64,000 bases of DNA from an uncultured Planctomycetota bacterium (lineage in GTDB: Bacteria > Planctomycetota > Phycisphaerae > Tepidisphaerales > Tepidisphaeraceae), in the NCBI GenBank assembly GCA_963841915.1, contig CAWJEN010000005.1, positions 448,001 through 512,000 on the forward strand. The letters run 5' to 3'. The stretch's first letter is position 1. Each line of letters opens with the position of its first letter. Under the pieces are notes generated by a model. It saw only the letters and a program-made list of their open reading frames with translations. It was not told the origin of the DNA and made no database searches. A program made the position numbers and the translations under genes. This document shows positions 39,992-49,570 of the stretch, one piece after another.

Positions 39992-40564
39992 TTACTTGCG
40001 GCGGCGCACCAGCAGCAGGCCGGCGGTGCCGAGGAGGGAGGTGGCGGTGGCTGGCTCGGGCACGACAACGACGTACGAGCCGAGGATGGGTCCGTTGTTC
40101 AAGCCGTTGTTGATCGTGCCGACGTACCCGTCAGCTTGGAACGGTGCACCGGTCAGGTCGACGTCGAGGAAGGACGAGCCGGTGAAGGCCGGGCTGAGTG
40201 TCGTGAAGACCTGAGGAAGGGCATCTGACGCCAGATTGTTGTACAAGTTCAGGTCGAGGCCGCTGCTGACGTCGAAGAAACGATCGTATGCAAGAGCACC
40301 AGGTACGGTGAGATCGCCGACGACGTCGCTGAACGGCACGTCGTTGAACGCCGTGAAGAAAAGGTCGAGCGTGATGCCGCTAAAGTCGGTTTGGGTCGCG
40401 TCATCGACTGCCGCAGCGGCGCCAGTCGAGGTGATGGTGACGGCCGTCGGGTCGCTGATGTCAATCTCGAGAAGGACGGGCAGGTTCTGAGCGGCAGCGG
40501 TGCCGACGACGGCGAAGGAAGCCACAGCCGCGATGCCGCGGGCGGCGAAGGTACGAATATGCAT
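39992..40564 (-). CDS. PEP-CTERM sorting-domain protein
   Basis: Signal peptide; C-terminal VPEP, TM helix, RRRK; GGAGAG Shine-Dalgarno. Confidence 0.9.
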   Translation of the reverse strand: MHIRTFAARGIAAVASFAVVGTAAAQNLPVLLEIDISDPTAVTITSTGAAAAVDDATQTDFSGITLDLFFTAFNDVPFSDVVGDLTVPGALAYDRFFDVSSGLDLNLYNNLASDALPQVFTTLSPAFTGSSFLDVDLTGAPFQADGYVGTINNGLNNGPILGSYVVVVPEPATATSLLGTAGLLLVRRRK

Positions 40565-40764
40565 AGATCTCTCCTGAGTCTCTCTTGTCCCAGCGTCGGC
40601 GTCGCCAGGGAAACGCTCCCCGACCTGTAGCCGACGCAGAACCGGCCACCCTACAAAAAGGTGGGGCGTCACCGCAACCAAGTTTCGAAAACAATCGGCA
40701 CCGTTTTCGGCCGGCGACACCACGCGGGACACCACAAGATTGAAGTGCCATTCGCTCACCCGTT

Positions 40765-41538
40765 ATGCCCACGCCCAACGGCGATCTCACGCTCACCCAC
40801 GACGATTGGCCGACCGAGCTGCATCGGGACGGGGCCTGCGTCGTAGGCGGCATTGCCGACGCAGACACGATCGACACATTGCTGGCCGCGTTAAACACTG
40901 CGGCCGAGGGCGACCCCGCGGATGCGTCCTTGCGTCGACGCCGGAAGGGTGGTGGCGGGTTTGGGCGGCGGAACGTGCTGGCGATCCCGGCCGTCGCCGC
41001 GTTCGCAACGCGTGACGCCACGCTGAACACCGTCCGCCGCATCCTCGGCGGATCGCCGCGGCCGGTCCGGGGACTGTTGTTCGATAAGACACCCGACGCC
41101 AATTGGACGGTCCCGTGGCACCAGGACCGCTCCATCGCCGTCCACGAGCGGATCGAGACCGACGGCTACGGGCCCTGGTCGACGAAGGCCGGCGTCGTTC
41201 ACGTCCAACCGCCAGTCGCGGTGCTGCAACAGATGGTGACCCTGCGGCTTGCCCTCGACGATTGCGGCCCTGACAACGGCCCCTTACGCATCCTCCCCGG
41301 CACGCACACCCGCCTCCTGACCGCCGCCGAGGTCGACGCCGCCATGGACTTGAAGGCGGCCGCGGCGACCGAGCGTGCTCTGACCTGCCGCCGCGGCGAC
41401 GCGGTGCTCATGCGTCCGCTCGTCCTGCACGCCTCCTCGCCGGCGACGAGCACCCACCAACACCGCCGCGTCCTGCACCTGGAGTACGCCGCCGGCGCCC
41501 TGAGCGGCGGTCTGCGGTGGCACTACGACACCGCGTGA
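40765..41538 (+). CDS. Phytanoyl-CoA dioxygenase (PhyH)-family 2OG-Fe(II) oxygenase
   Basis: FDK.P.ANW.VPWHQD, NGPL..LPGTH, LHAS, RRVLHLEY. Confidence 0.88.
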   Translation: MPTPNGDLTLTHDDWPTELHRDGACVVGGIADADTIDTLLAALNTAAEGDPADASLRRRRKGGGGFGRRNVLAIPAVAAFATRDATLNTVRRILGGSPRPVRGLLFDKTPDANWTVPWHQDRSIAVHERIETDGYGPWSTKAGVVHVQPPVAVLQQMVTLRLALDDCGPDNGPLRILPGTHTRLLTAAEVDAAMDLKAAAATERALTCRRGDAVLMRPLVLHASSPATSTHQHRRVLHLEYAAGALSGGLRWHYDTA

Positions 41539-41630
41539 CGGTTGACTCGGGTGCCACTACATTTCGTGTAGGTTGCCCCATCGCGCTGGTGTCGATGGGC
41601 AGATCCAGGAGTTGTTGAGGAGTCGTCGAC

Positions 41631-42686
41631 GTGATCGCGAAGGAACGCAACGCATCCGAGCATCCGGCGTCGACCGCACCGACCCTCGTCGCGGGAGAAG
41701 CGGCGGAGAAGCAACTCGCCTTCTACCTGAGCCGAGCCTTTGCCGACGCCGAGGGCGTTGCCATCTTCAATGACCTTCGCATCGTCGACGTCAACAAAGA
41801 GGTCGCGCAGATCGACCATCTCGTGATGCACCCGTGCGGCTTCGTCCTCGTCGAGAGCAAAAGCATCACCGGCAAGGTCCGCATCAACCAGCAGAAGGAG
41901 TGGGTCCGTGTCTCGACACGCGGCGAAGAGGGAATGCCCGACGCCGTCGAGCAGGCCCGGCGGCAGCGCGACGTCCTCCGCCGCTTCCTGACGCGTCAGG
42001 CGTCCGACCTCCTGCAACGCCCCACCACGACCTACGCCACTCTCGGCTACGACGTGCTCGCCGCGATCAGCGACGCCGGCGTCATCGAGCGAGCGCTCGC
42101 GATGCCGAAAGTGGTCAAAGCCGATCAGGTCCCTGCAAGGCTGAAGGACATCATCACGCAACGCCGAGCCCTCGCCGACGAAGCCAGAGCCAAGCTCGGC
42201 AACGGCCAAGACGGTGGCGCTGGTACGGGCGGCGTTCTGACGCGAGACGAGTTCGCCCAGATGGTCACGTTCATCTCCCGGTCCCACCGCCCTCGCCGAC
42301 CCGGAGTCGCGTCGCGTGCCGCCCGGCCTCGCCCGTCGGTCCGAACGCACCTCGCCGCGCCGGCCAAGCCTCAGGCTTCGCCGGTCGCGAAGGCGAGTCG
42401 CATGCCGCGGACGCCACCCGCGACGCGAACGTCCGCCCCCGCAACGGCAGGGGAGCGTCGCTGTCCGCAATGCGCCGACACGTCGATGGAGATGCGGTGG
42501 GGCACACGGCCGAAGGGGTACTACTTCCACTGCCTCGGCTGCGAGAAGAACTTCCGCCCCGAGCGACGCGACCAGACCTGTCCCGCCTGCCGCCGCCCGG
42601 ACGTGCCGCTGCGCAAGAGCAAGGACGTCATGCTGCTCGACTGCCCCGACTGTGGCCACGCGGGGGTGTTCCACCGCAATCCGTGA
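41631..42686 (+). CDS. NERD nuclease-domain protein with C-terminal Zn ribbons
   Basis: G..AE, FNDL, QIDHL, VESKS (PD-(D/E)xK), QA.RQ; four CxxC pairs at the C-terminus. Confidence 0.85.
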   Translation: MIAKERNASEHPASTAPTLVAGEAAEKQLAFYLSRAFADAEGVAIFNDLRIVDVNKEVAQIDHLVMHPCGFVLVESKSITGKVRINQQKEWVRVSTRGEEGMPDAVEQARRQRDVLRRFLTRQASDLLQRPTTTYATLGYDVLAAISDAGVIERALAMPKVVKADQVPARLKDIITQRRALADEARAKLGNGQDGGAGTGGVLTRDEFAQMVTFISRSHRPRRPGVASRAARPRPSVRTHLAAPAKPQASPVAKASRMPRTPPATRTSAPATAGERRCPQCADTSMEMRWGTRPKGYYFHCLGCEKNFRPERRDQTCPACRRPDVPLRKSKDVMLLDCPDCGHAGVFHRNP

Positions 42687-42784
42687 CGCCGCGTGCCACC
42701 GAAAGACAGGGGCATCGTGCCGCGATCGCGCGAAGTAGGAAATGAGCAGAAACAAGCGACGAAGTCCCCGGTTCTTCGTTTGCC

Positions 42785-43100
42785 ATGCCCGCCGCGGCGG
42801 ACGAGGACGCCGGCGGCAACCGCTCGGCCAGCACGTTCGGGCGGGCGACGAAGCTGCTCGCCATGCTCTCCGGCCGCGACGACTACACGGGGTGGGGGGC
42901 CGGGCGAGAAGTTCGAGAACGTCACGATGATGCTCTTCCAACCAATCACAAGCGATGGGACGACACTGTTGGCCAGGCTGATCGACGCCACCACCGAGCG
43001 GGAGGTGACGGAGGCGGCGTACCTCGAGACGCGGCTCAAGCTCTACAACGACCGGAACCCGCACGCGACGCTGAGCATGTCGGTTGACGCCGGTACATGA
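42785..43100 (+). pseudogene. Gene fragment with a +1 frameshift in a G6 run
   Basis: Removing one G at 42894-42899 joins ..DDYTGWG to PGEKFENVTMM..; both halves have host-like GC3 codons; function unknown. Confidence 0.4.
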
Positions 43101-43152
43101 GCGAGAGACTAGCGATGCCCCCGTTTCTTCCCCCTTACACGTTTCCGCTTCG

Positions 43153-43656
43153 TTATTCGATGTACGTTAATCCGATGCAATCAATTTCGCCGCCCTCGCG
43201 GCCGTGGAAGCCAACGACTTCTTTCCCATTGGTCATCAATTCGAATGCATTTCCTCCGTTCCCGCCGTAGCTAATGCTCGCGTCACCGTTGTTGAGGTGA
43301 AACTTAAGTTGATCAACCCTACCACCGGTGCGTCCCGAGATGCCGACTAGGAAGGTACCGGTCGGGATGTCGAAATACTCAAGCCACATTCCACCTCCAT
43401 TCTCATCGTCGTTCCAGCCGGTGTGATGCTTATCACCGTTCTTATCGACATAGTAGATACGTAGGCCATCTATTCGCTTGTCGCCGATCGGCTGCACGCC
43501 GGTGATCCGACCGCCCTCAGGAATGACCCATCGAAACTCGTCGCCGCCGCCTCCGCCAACGCAGGCTGTTGAGGCGACATTGCGTTGAACAAGTCCCACC
43601 GTAAGCAAGAGGAAAGGCGTGAGAACGGCAGCAAAAATCAAGCGTGGAAAGATCAT
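43153..43656 (-). CDS. Secreted jacalin-like lectin
   Basis: Signal peptide; three GG.GG..F / G..G..(I/V)D.L repeats; ends GFHGR.G.EID.IG; visibly lower GC than the host. Confidence 0.85.
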   Translation of the reverse strand: MIFPRLIFAAVLTPFLLLTVGLVQRNVASTACVGGGGGDEFRWVIPEGGRITGVQPIGDKRIDGLRIYYVDKNGDKHHTGWNDDENGGGMWLEYFDIPTGTFLVGISGRTGGRVDQLKFHLNNGDASISYGGNGGNAFELMTNGKEVVGFHGREGGEIDCIGLTYIE

Positions 43657-43694
43657 CTGATTTAGGGTGTTGAGCTCGAAGGATGTCTGAAGAG

Positions 43695-44312
43695 TTAGTA
43701 GTTATTCCGCGTTTGCCTCGGCGAACGGTCTTCCAGACTTATGCACGGAGAGGCATCGCGAACGCGGCTCAGATTCGGAATGTGACGCCGGCGGAGGAGC
43801 GTGACGAGGAGTCCCGCCCCCAGCAGGCTGGCGGCGGCGGGCTCAGGGATGACCTCGACGACGCCGTGTGTTGGGGCGTTGCCGCCGCTGTTCTGCACCA
43901 AGTTCCACGTTCCAGACGCAGAGCCGAATCCGCTACCAATAATATGTGTGTAATCCCCCGATGTGAAGAAGAAGCTGTTCGTGTAGGTTACGACTTCACC
44001 CGAACTCCACACGAATTGCCCCTCTACCTCGGCGTCGTTGTACCCAATCCAAAGATGATTCAGGCCGGGGACTATGCTCGAAAAAGTCTGGAACACAAAC
44101 TCGTCTTCGGGCGCGTCGTTGATCGTCACGAGGTGGCCGCCCAGACTCTGAGCGAAGGCTTCGCTGTTGGTCCAAGTGTCCTGCTCCAGGAGATAGTAGC
44201 TGTGGCCGTTGGTGGGATTGACAATCGGGCCGCTCAGGACGTCGGCGGAGGCAGTGCCGGCGACTGAGAGGGCGAGGCCGCCGAGGATGAGGTTGAAGCG
44301 ATTGAACTGCAT
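43695..44312 (-). CDS. PEP-CTERM protein with a C-type lectin domain
   Basis: NGHSYYL...TW..SE..A..LGGHLVTIND..E..F, WIG..D...EG.F.WSSGE; IPEP, TM helix, RRR. Confidence 0.88.
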   Translation of the reverse strand: MQFNRFNLILGGLALSVAGTASADVLSGPIVNPTNGHSYYLLEQDTWTNSEAFAQSLGGHLVTINDAPEDEFVFQTFSSIVPGLNHLWIGYNDAEVEGQFVWSSGEVVTYTNSFFFTSGDYTHIIGSGFGSASGTWNLVQNSGGNAPTHGVVEVIPEPAAASLLGAGLLVTLLRRRHIPNLSRVRDASPCISLEDRSPRQTRNNY

Positions 44313-44411
44313 GTGTCTCCCGTGGGTGGTTGGGCAGGCCGCTCGTTGCGACGCCGCTACGTGGTCTTGCGGGAGCCAATGTCGCCCTATGCCAAAAAAT
44401 ATCGGTTCCTC

Positions 44412-46820
44412 TCATTCAAACACGTGGGTGCGATGAAACCGCTGAGTCTGAGGCGCGTCTAGGCCGTACGAACGTGCGACAGCGGCTGATGCGGCGATGT
44501 GCCATCGGCTGTGTTCGTCTTCTGCGGTAGCGAGGTGGCGGGACCATCGGACGAGCCAGGCGACGGACGGTCGATCGAGCGTCAGAATCTGCTCTGCCCA
44601 TGCTGCGTTTTCGGCCAGAACGGATTCGGCTTCGGCGTCGCGGCCCAGCGTGTGCAGGGCCTCGACCAGCATCAGGTCCGCATCCAGCCGGGTCGGCAGC
44701 CAGTTCGGTTCGGCCGGCTGGCGTCGACGAAGGTCCTGCAGGATGTTTGCCGCCTCCTCGACGTCGCTAGGAGCACCACGAAGCAACAACAATTGCGCGA
44801 GGTTTTGTCGGCCGAACCATGTCGCATTGTGGTTCTCGCCATACGTGCCAGTCCGGCGGGCGACATTTTCTCGGTGCAGCCGGATGGCTTCATCAAAATC
44901 GCCCGTTTGCGCCTCCATTTCCGCGACGTTCATCACCCAACTCAACGTGCCTGCATGATCAGGGCCGACGTGCAATTCGGCGAGCTTCAGCGTCCGGCGT
45001 GCAACCGGTAGTGCAGCCTCCCAAGCTCCCGTGCGTGCTTTGACAATGGCCAGCGCCCCCAGCGACCAGATAAATTGCGGATGGGACTCAGGCCTCACGA
45101 GTGTGACGTCGTTATAAAGTGCTTCCAAACCCTCCGCGGCTTCGGCGGTCTGGCCGGTCTCACTTAACATGAGATAAAGGCGTCGGCGTGCGTCGAAGGT
45201 CGTCTCGTGCACCGCGCCGAGTTGGTTTGTCGACCGGCGAACAACGTCTCGAAGGATCGGCTCCGCTTCGTCGTTCTGCCATGTCGCCAAAAGGAAGCGG
45301 CAGAGCGCCAGTTGGGCTTCGAGGGTCCGGGCATCGTCCGGACCGACGTATCGTGTGAGAAGCTCGACGGCCCGGCGCAGGTGCGGTTCGGCTTCGGCGG
45401 GTCGGTCGAGTTCGAGGAGGGTTCGTCCGATCACGCGACGTAGCCGGGCCTCGATCAGCGGCCGGTCCGCGAACTCGGCTGCGACACGCTCGTCCGCAGC
45501 GGCAAGTACCTCGGCGACGGTCAAGTCGTGTGTCCCCCCGCCAAATGGATCGGCGGCGGATAGCAGGTCTTCAAGAAACGTGTTCACGGCTTCGGCCGTC
45601 TCGGCAGCTGCCCGAGCGCGGTCCCGTTCGCGGACCACACGCCATGACGCCGCAGCCGCGACGGTGACGATCAGCAGGGCAACGGTGGCGATGACGGCCA
45701 CGCGCCCCCGATGTCGGCCGATCCACTTCCGGGCGACGTATCCGAGAGACGCCGGCCTCGCCTGCACCGGCCGGCCATTCAGCCAGCGGTCGAGGTCGTC
45801 AATCAATGCCGATGTTGTCGCATACCTGCGGTTCGGCTCGCGTTCGAGCGCCTTGGCGACGACGGCATCAAGGTCGCGGTCGATCCTGCGATCGACATGC
45901 CGCAGAAGCCGGGCGTCGTTCGAGGCGATTCGCTGGCGCACCTGCCATTCCGTGCCGTCAAGGTTGTGCGGGTGCGCGTTCGGTACAAGCAGGCCGAACA
46001 GCACGACGCCCAGCGAATAGATGTCGCTCCGCACGTCGCCTGATTCGTCGCGGCACTGCTCCGGGCTGGCAAAGGCGACTGTGCCTCGAACCGGCGCATC
46101 AAGGCTGAGGGACGACGTCGTCTCATTCGCCTGTTTCGCCAAGCCGAAGTCGACGATGACGGGTCGCCCGTTCCGGCCGACGAGGATGTTCGTCGGCTTC
46201 AGGTCGCGATGGATCAAGCCCTTGGCGTGAGCGTGTTCGACCCCGCGACAGGCTTGTATGAAGAGCGCAACCGTCTCCTGCGAAGATGAAGACCGGCTGG
46301 ACCCTGCACCACGCTCGTCTCTGCTCAAGGGTTCGCCGTCGATAAAAGCCATTGCCAGGAAAGGCACGCCGTCGACGTCGCCTGCGTCGAACACGGTGGC
46401 CGTGTTCGGGTGGTCGAGCTGGCTGGCTAACTCCGCTTCGCGGGCGAAGCGTCGGCGGGCGTGGTCGGAAGCGTGCCGCAGGCCGACGAGCAGCTTCAAG
46501 GCCACGCGCTTGCTCGTGACGCTGTGGATCGCCTCATAAACGACGCCGTTGGCACCTTCGCCTACACGACGGACGATGCGGTACAGCCCGACCGACGCAG
46601 GCGTCTTCTCCATCGCCTCGGCATCGTCCAGGACGTCGAGCGCCGCTGAGACCTGCCTCAGTCGGTCCATGCGACGCCGAAGGGGTTCGACGAGTTCCGG
46701 GCGGTCCTGAAAAACGTCCTCTGGCGGGTCGCGGCTGTCGGCGAGGTGCCACCGCGTCAGGCGGCGGAGCACTTCCGAGTCGTCACCGGGCGAAAGGACG
46801 CGACCGACAAGGCTACTCAT
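44412..46820 (-). CDS. Hanks-type Ser/Thr kinase with TM helix and TPR repeats
   Basis: GEGANGVVY, VALK, HRDLKPTN, DFG, SPEQ, D.YSLG; TM helix, then kinesin-light-chain-like TPRs; GGAGG Shine-Dalgarno before ATG 46820. Confidence 0.93.
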   Translation of the reverse strand: MSSLVGRVLSPGDDSEVLRRLTRWHLADSRDPPEDVFQDRPELVEPLRRRMDRLRQVSAALDVLDDAEAMEKTPASVGLYRIVRRVGEGANGVVYEAIHSVTSKRVALKLLVGLRHASDHARRRFAREAELASQLDHPNTATVFDAGDVDGVPFLAMAFIDGEPLSRDERGAGSSRSSSSQETVALFIQACRGVEHAHAKGLIHRDLKPTNILVGRNGRPVIVDFGLAKQANETTSSLSLDAPVRGTVAFASPEQCRDESGDVRSDIYSLGVVLFGLLVPNAHPHNLDGTEWQVRQRIASNDARLLRHVDRRIDRDLDAVVAKALEREPNRRYATTSALIDDLDRWLNGRPVQARPASLGYVARKWIGRHRGRVAVIATVALLIVTVAAAASWRVVRERDRARAAAETAEAVNTFLEDLLSAADPFGGGTHDLTVAEVLAAADERVAAEFADRPLIEARLRRVIGRTLLELDRPAEAEPHLRRAVELLTRYVGPDDARTLEAQLALCRFLLATWQNDEAEPILRDVVRRSTNQLGAVHETTFDARRRLYLMLSETGQTAEAAEGLEALYNDVTLVRPESHPQFIWSLGALAIVKARTGAWEAALPVARRTLKLAELHVGPDHAGTLSWVMNVAEMEAQTGDFDEAIRLHRENVARRTGTYGENHNATWFGRQNLAQLLLLRGAPSDVEEAANILQDLRRRQPAEPNWLPTRLDADLMLVEALHTLGRDAEAESVLAENAAWAEQILTLDRPSVAWLVRWSRHLATAEDEHSRWHIAASAAVARSYGLDAPQTQRFHRTHVFE

Positions 46821-46865
46821 GCTTCCTCCTTTCTCCAATCGACCGACAGCCGCCTCCGGCGTAGG

Positions 46866-47690
46866 TCATGCGGGTTTGCGTGCCAGCACTGTAAAGAGCA
46901 CCGAGTACGTCAGTGTCGCGTCGTCCCTCAGATAGTCCATAAATCGCGCACACAGCCGCTCGGACTCTTTGTCGCCAATGACGGCGGCGACGGCCGGCTG
47001 CGCGATCGCCAGTTTCGCCTGCCACAGCCGATCGTTGATCTCGTCAATGCGGCCTGCGTAGAGGTGGTACGGGGCAACCTCGACCCGCTCGACCTCCAGC
47101 CCCGCGGCCAGCGCGAGCCCGCGGAGCTTGCGACCGACGAACGGATCGAATCCGCCTCGGGCAAGGGCCGGCATAACACGGCTCAGGGTCGCTTCGAGCT
47201 CCGGGTCTGGCGGATCGTGCCAGAGCAATTGCCCGTCCAGGTCCTGCAACAGCAGGCGACCGCCCGGCCTCAGAACCCGGACCATCTCGGCCAGAGCTCG
47301 CGGCTTGTCGGGCAGGTACTCAAGCAAGAACCGGCACCACGCCAGGCCGAACGTGCCGTCTTCGAAAGGAAGGTCTTCGGCTTTACCGAAGCGCAGGGTG
47401 AGGTTTGCGGGCAATCGGCCCGATCCCATCATGCCGGCCGAACTGCTCGCGAAGCGGTCCGCGTGAAGGTCGACGCCCGTGACCTGACGGTCATCGTTCA
47501 AACGGCGTGCCGCCTCGGCCGCCAGAACACCGGGGCCGCACCCCACGTCAAGAACGTCGCCCGCGGTGTGGTCGAGGAGCTGCGCCACGTGCTGGTCGAC
47601 CCAGTCGGCCGCGTCGACCTTCTCGGCCAGACGGGCCGCCTCGCGCGGGTCGTGCATCAAGTATGTCGAGCTGTTCTTCGCGTTGTTCAT
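46866..47690 (-). CDS. Class I SAM-dependent methyltransferase
   Basis: EAARL, VLDVGCGPG, LPFEDGTF, EMVRVLRPGG; ATG overlaps the upstream stop. Confidence 0.9.
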   Translation of the reverse strand: MNNAKNSSTYLMHDPREAARLAEKVDAADWVDQHVAQLLDHTAGDVLDVGCGPGVLAAEAARRLNDDRQVTGVDLHADRFASSSAGMMGSGRLPANLTLRFGKAEDLPFEDGTFGLAWCRFLLEYLPDKPRALAEMVRVLRPGGRLLLQDLDGQLLWHDPPDPELEATLSRVMPALARGGFDPFVGRKLRGLALAAGLEVERVEVAPYHLYAGRIDEINDRLWQAKLAIAQPAVAAVIGDKESERLCARFMDYLRDDATLTYSVLFTVLARKPA

Positions 47691-48799
47691 GGTGCAGTCG
47701 CCGCGAGATCGGCGGGTTCGACGGCCTTGCGGCCGGCCAGTCCACGTCGTCGACCGGCTTTGCGGATGCGGTCGTAGAAACCCTCGACGTGTCGGTACCA
47801 ACCGATGAATCCGTCACGCAGCCAGATACTCTGGGCATACTCACGGACGACCTCGACTCCGCCCGCCTGTGCGAGAAGTGCGGCCGTACGCGCGTCCGTG
47901 ACGGCGGGGAAAGCCCCCGGCTCGAACGACGCGTAGACGGGCGCGGCTTCCCGCAGCAACGCCAGCGCAACAGCCCGCCGGGCGGCGTCGTCCAGGTCCG
48001 GGGCGACGAGCACATCGCACCGATTTTCCAAGAACGAGAAGTTAAGCCCGAGCGGCCCGCGGTACGCCAGGGCAACACCGAGGGGTCGACCGTCACTACG
48101 TCGGCGGGCCAGGATGGGGGTTCGCGTCCGGCTCAGGCCGACACTTTGGTAGAGGGCGTCGACGGCTTCGAGCCGCAGGTCTTGTTTCAACTCCTCGGCC
48201 TGCACGAAGACAGAGCCGCGCGTCTTCTCGGCGACGCCCGCCACCGCATCGGCATCATCCGTCGCCTCGACGACGATTTTCCCTGACTCGTCCTTCGATA
48301 TGGACCCGGCGTCGATCGAAAGGAGGGTGTGGACGGCACAACTGGCGACGTCCGGGCCCAGCTTCTGGGCCATCGAGCCGAAGACCTTCATCGGGAATCG
48401 GTTCGTCGGGCGGAACCAATTCTGCTCGGCCGCAACTTCCGCGCGACGGATTTTGACGGCTTGCCCCGAGAGTTGAACCGCCGCCGAACCGCCGACCTCA
48501 CCCGTCGACACGAGATGCTGAGACAACCAACCTTGCCCGCTACTTCTCCATGATGTCACGGTCCCCCAGGACGACGCGTCGCTGAAGACGCTCGTCCACA
48601 TGAGGTCTTCTCCTGCGCATCGCGCCGTCTCCCAATTCTTCTTGATGATCGGCAGAAACGGCTTCAACCGTGCGAGCTTCGCCGGGTACAGAAATCCGGC
48701 CGTCGCGTAGCGGTCAAAGAGCTCATCGACCTCGATCGCATTGACGCGACAGCCGTACGCCTCGTAACTGTCGAGGATGTCGTCGGGAATACCGTCCAT
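47687..48799 (-). CDS. Hypothetical protein, possible tandem GNAT/acyltransferase-like fold
   Basis: Long ORF with host codon bias coupled to the methyltransferase; motifs GFLYP.K, W..QHLVS, WFRP.N, GL.R.R, GLNFSFLEN. Fold is inferred only. Confidence 0.6.
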   Translation of the reverse strand: MDGIPDDILDSYEAYGCRVNAIEVDELFDRYATAGFLYPAKLARLKPFLPIIKKNWETARCAGEDLMWTSVFSDASSWGTVTSWRSSGQGWLSQHLVSTGEVGGSAAVQLSGQAVKIRRAEVAAEQNWFRPTNRFPMKVFGSMAQKLGPDVASCAVHTLLSIDAGSISKDESGKIVVEATDDADAVAGVAEKTRGSVFVQAEELKQDLRLEAVDALYQSVGLSRTRTPILARRRSDGRPLGVALAYRGPLGLNFSFLENRCDVLVAPDLDDAARRAVALALLREAAPVYASFEPGAFPAVTDARTAALLAQAGGVEVVREYAQSIWLRDGFIGWYRHVEGFYDRIRKAGRRRGLAGRKAVEPADLAATAP

Positions 48800-48856
48800 T
48801 CCCCCACCTCTGCGGCAGCCGAGCCGTCGGACTGACACGAGCCATCAACTTTCTCC

Positions 48857-49465
48857 TCAGCAGAGGTCATTGGCCAGTCGGGCTTTGATTTCGCCCCACT
48901 GACGCCAGAAGTGGCGGGGCGAGATGCCCAGCAACGCAGCCGTTTCCGTCCCTGTCAGGCCGCTGTAAGAGTGAAGCTCGACGAGTTGCCGAAGCTCGTC
49001 CGGTAGTCGATCAACAGCTTCGTGGAGGGCCTCGACGTCGAGCCCTTCGGCTGGATCTCGCGTGCAGACCGCATCGACCGTGCGAGCGTCGTCACTCGGT
49101 GAATCGTGATGCCGATGTCGACCCTCCGGCCCGTACGAGGCTCGGTGCAGATCAACAAGAAGCCGCCGAAGCTGCAGGGCAAACAGGCGATAAAAGTGAA
49201 CCGGCGTCCGCGGAAACGACTGCTCCAACGCCGCCAGCAGGCGGACGATTCCCTCCTGCATCACGTCGTCGCTCCGCGACCACCGGCGGAGGCGGGGAAA
49301 GCGATTCAGGTGTGTTCGTGCCATCGTCCGCATCCGTTCGGCCGCGAGGTCGAACAGGCGTTCGCGTGCGGCCGAGTCGGCGTGTGCGTCGGCCAAGGCA
49401 CTCGTCAACGCGTCGGATGTCGCCGTCGTGCCTGAGATCGATACATCGTCGACGGCCGACCCCAT
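48857..49465 (-). CDS. ECF sigma factor (planctomycete kinase-associated type)
   Basis: Sigma2 region (RLF......RMR.MA, SDDVMQE, RRLLVDL.R); sigma4 region (LHEAVDRLP...R..V.L....GLT..ETA.LLGIS); start uncertain. Confidence 0.88.
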   Translation of the reverse strand: MGSAVDDVSISGTTATSDALTSALADAHADSAARERLFDLAAERMRTMARTHLNRFPRLRRWSRSDDVMQEGIVRLLAALEQSFPRTPVHFYRLFALQLRRLLVDLHRASYGPEGRHRHHDSPSDDARTVDAVCTRDPAEGLDVEALHEAVDRLPDELRQLVELHSYSGLTGTETAALLGISPRHFWRQWGEIKARLANDLC

Positions 49466-49570
49466 AGCGGCCAGGATGATGCATTGTTGCGTCAGGCAAT
49501 GCAAGGTCTCTTACGGCGAAGGGGCGTCCCACTGGGGGCGGAAACGGGGACATCGTTCGTTTCCCGCTCC

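Noticed and set aside
40720..40755. Sigma-54 promoters upstream of the PEP-CTERM genes (TGGCAC here, TGGCAT near 44390, minus strand)
   Set aside because: No GC at the required -12 spacing in either case
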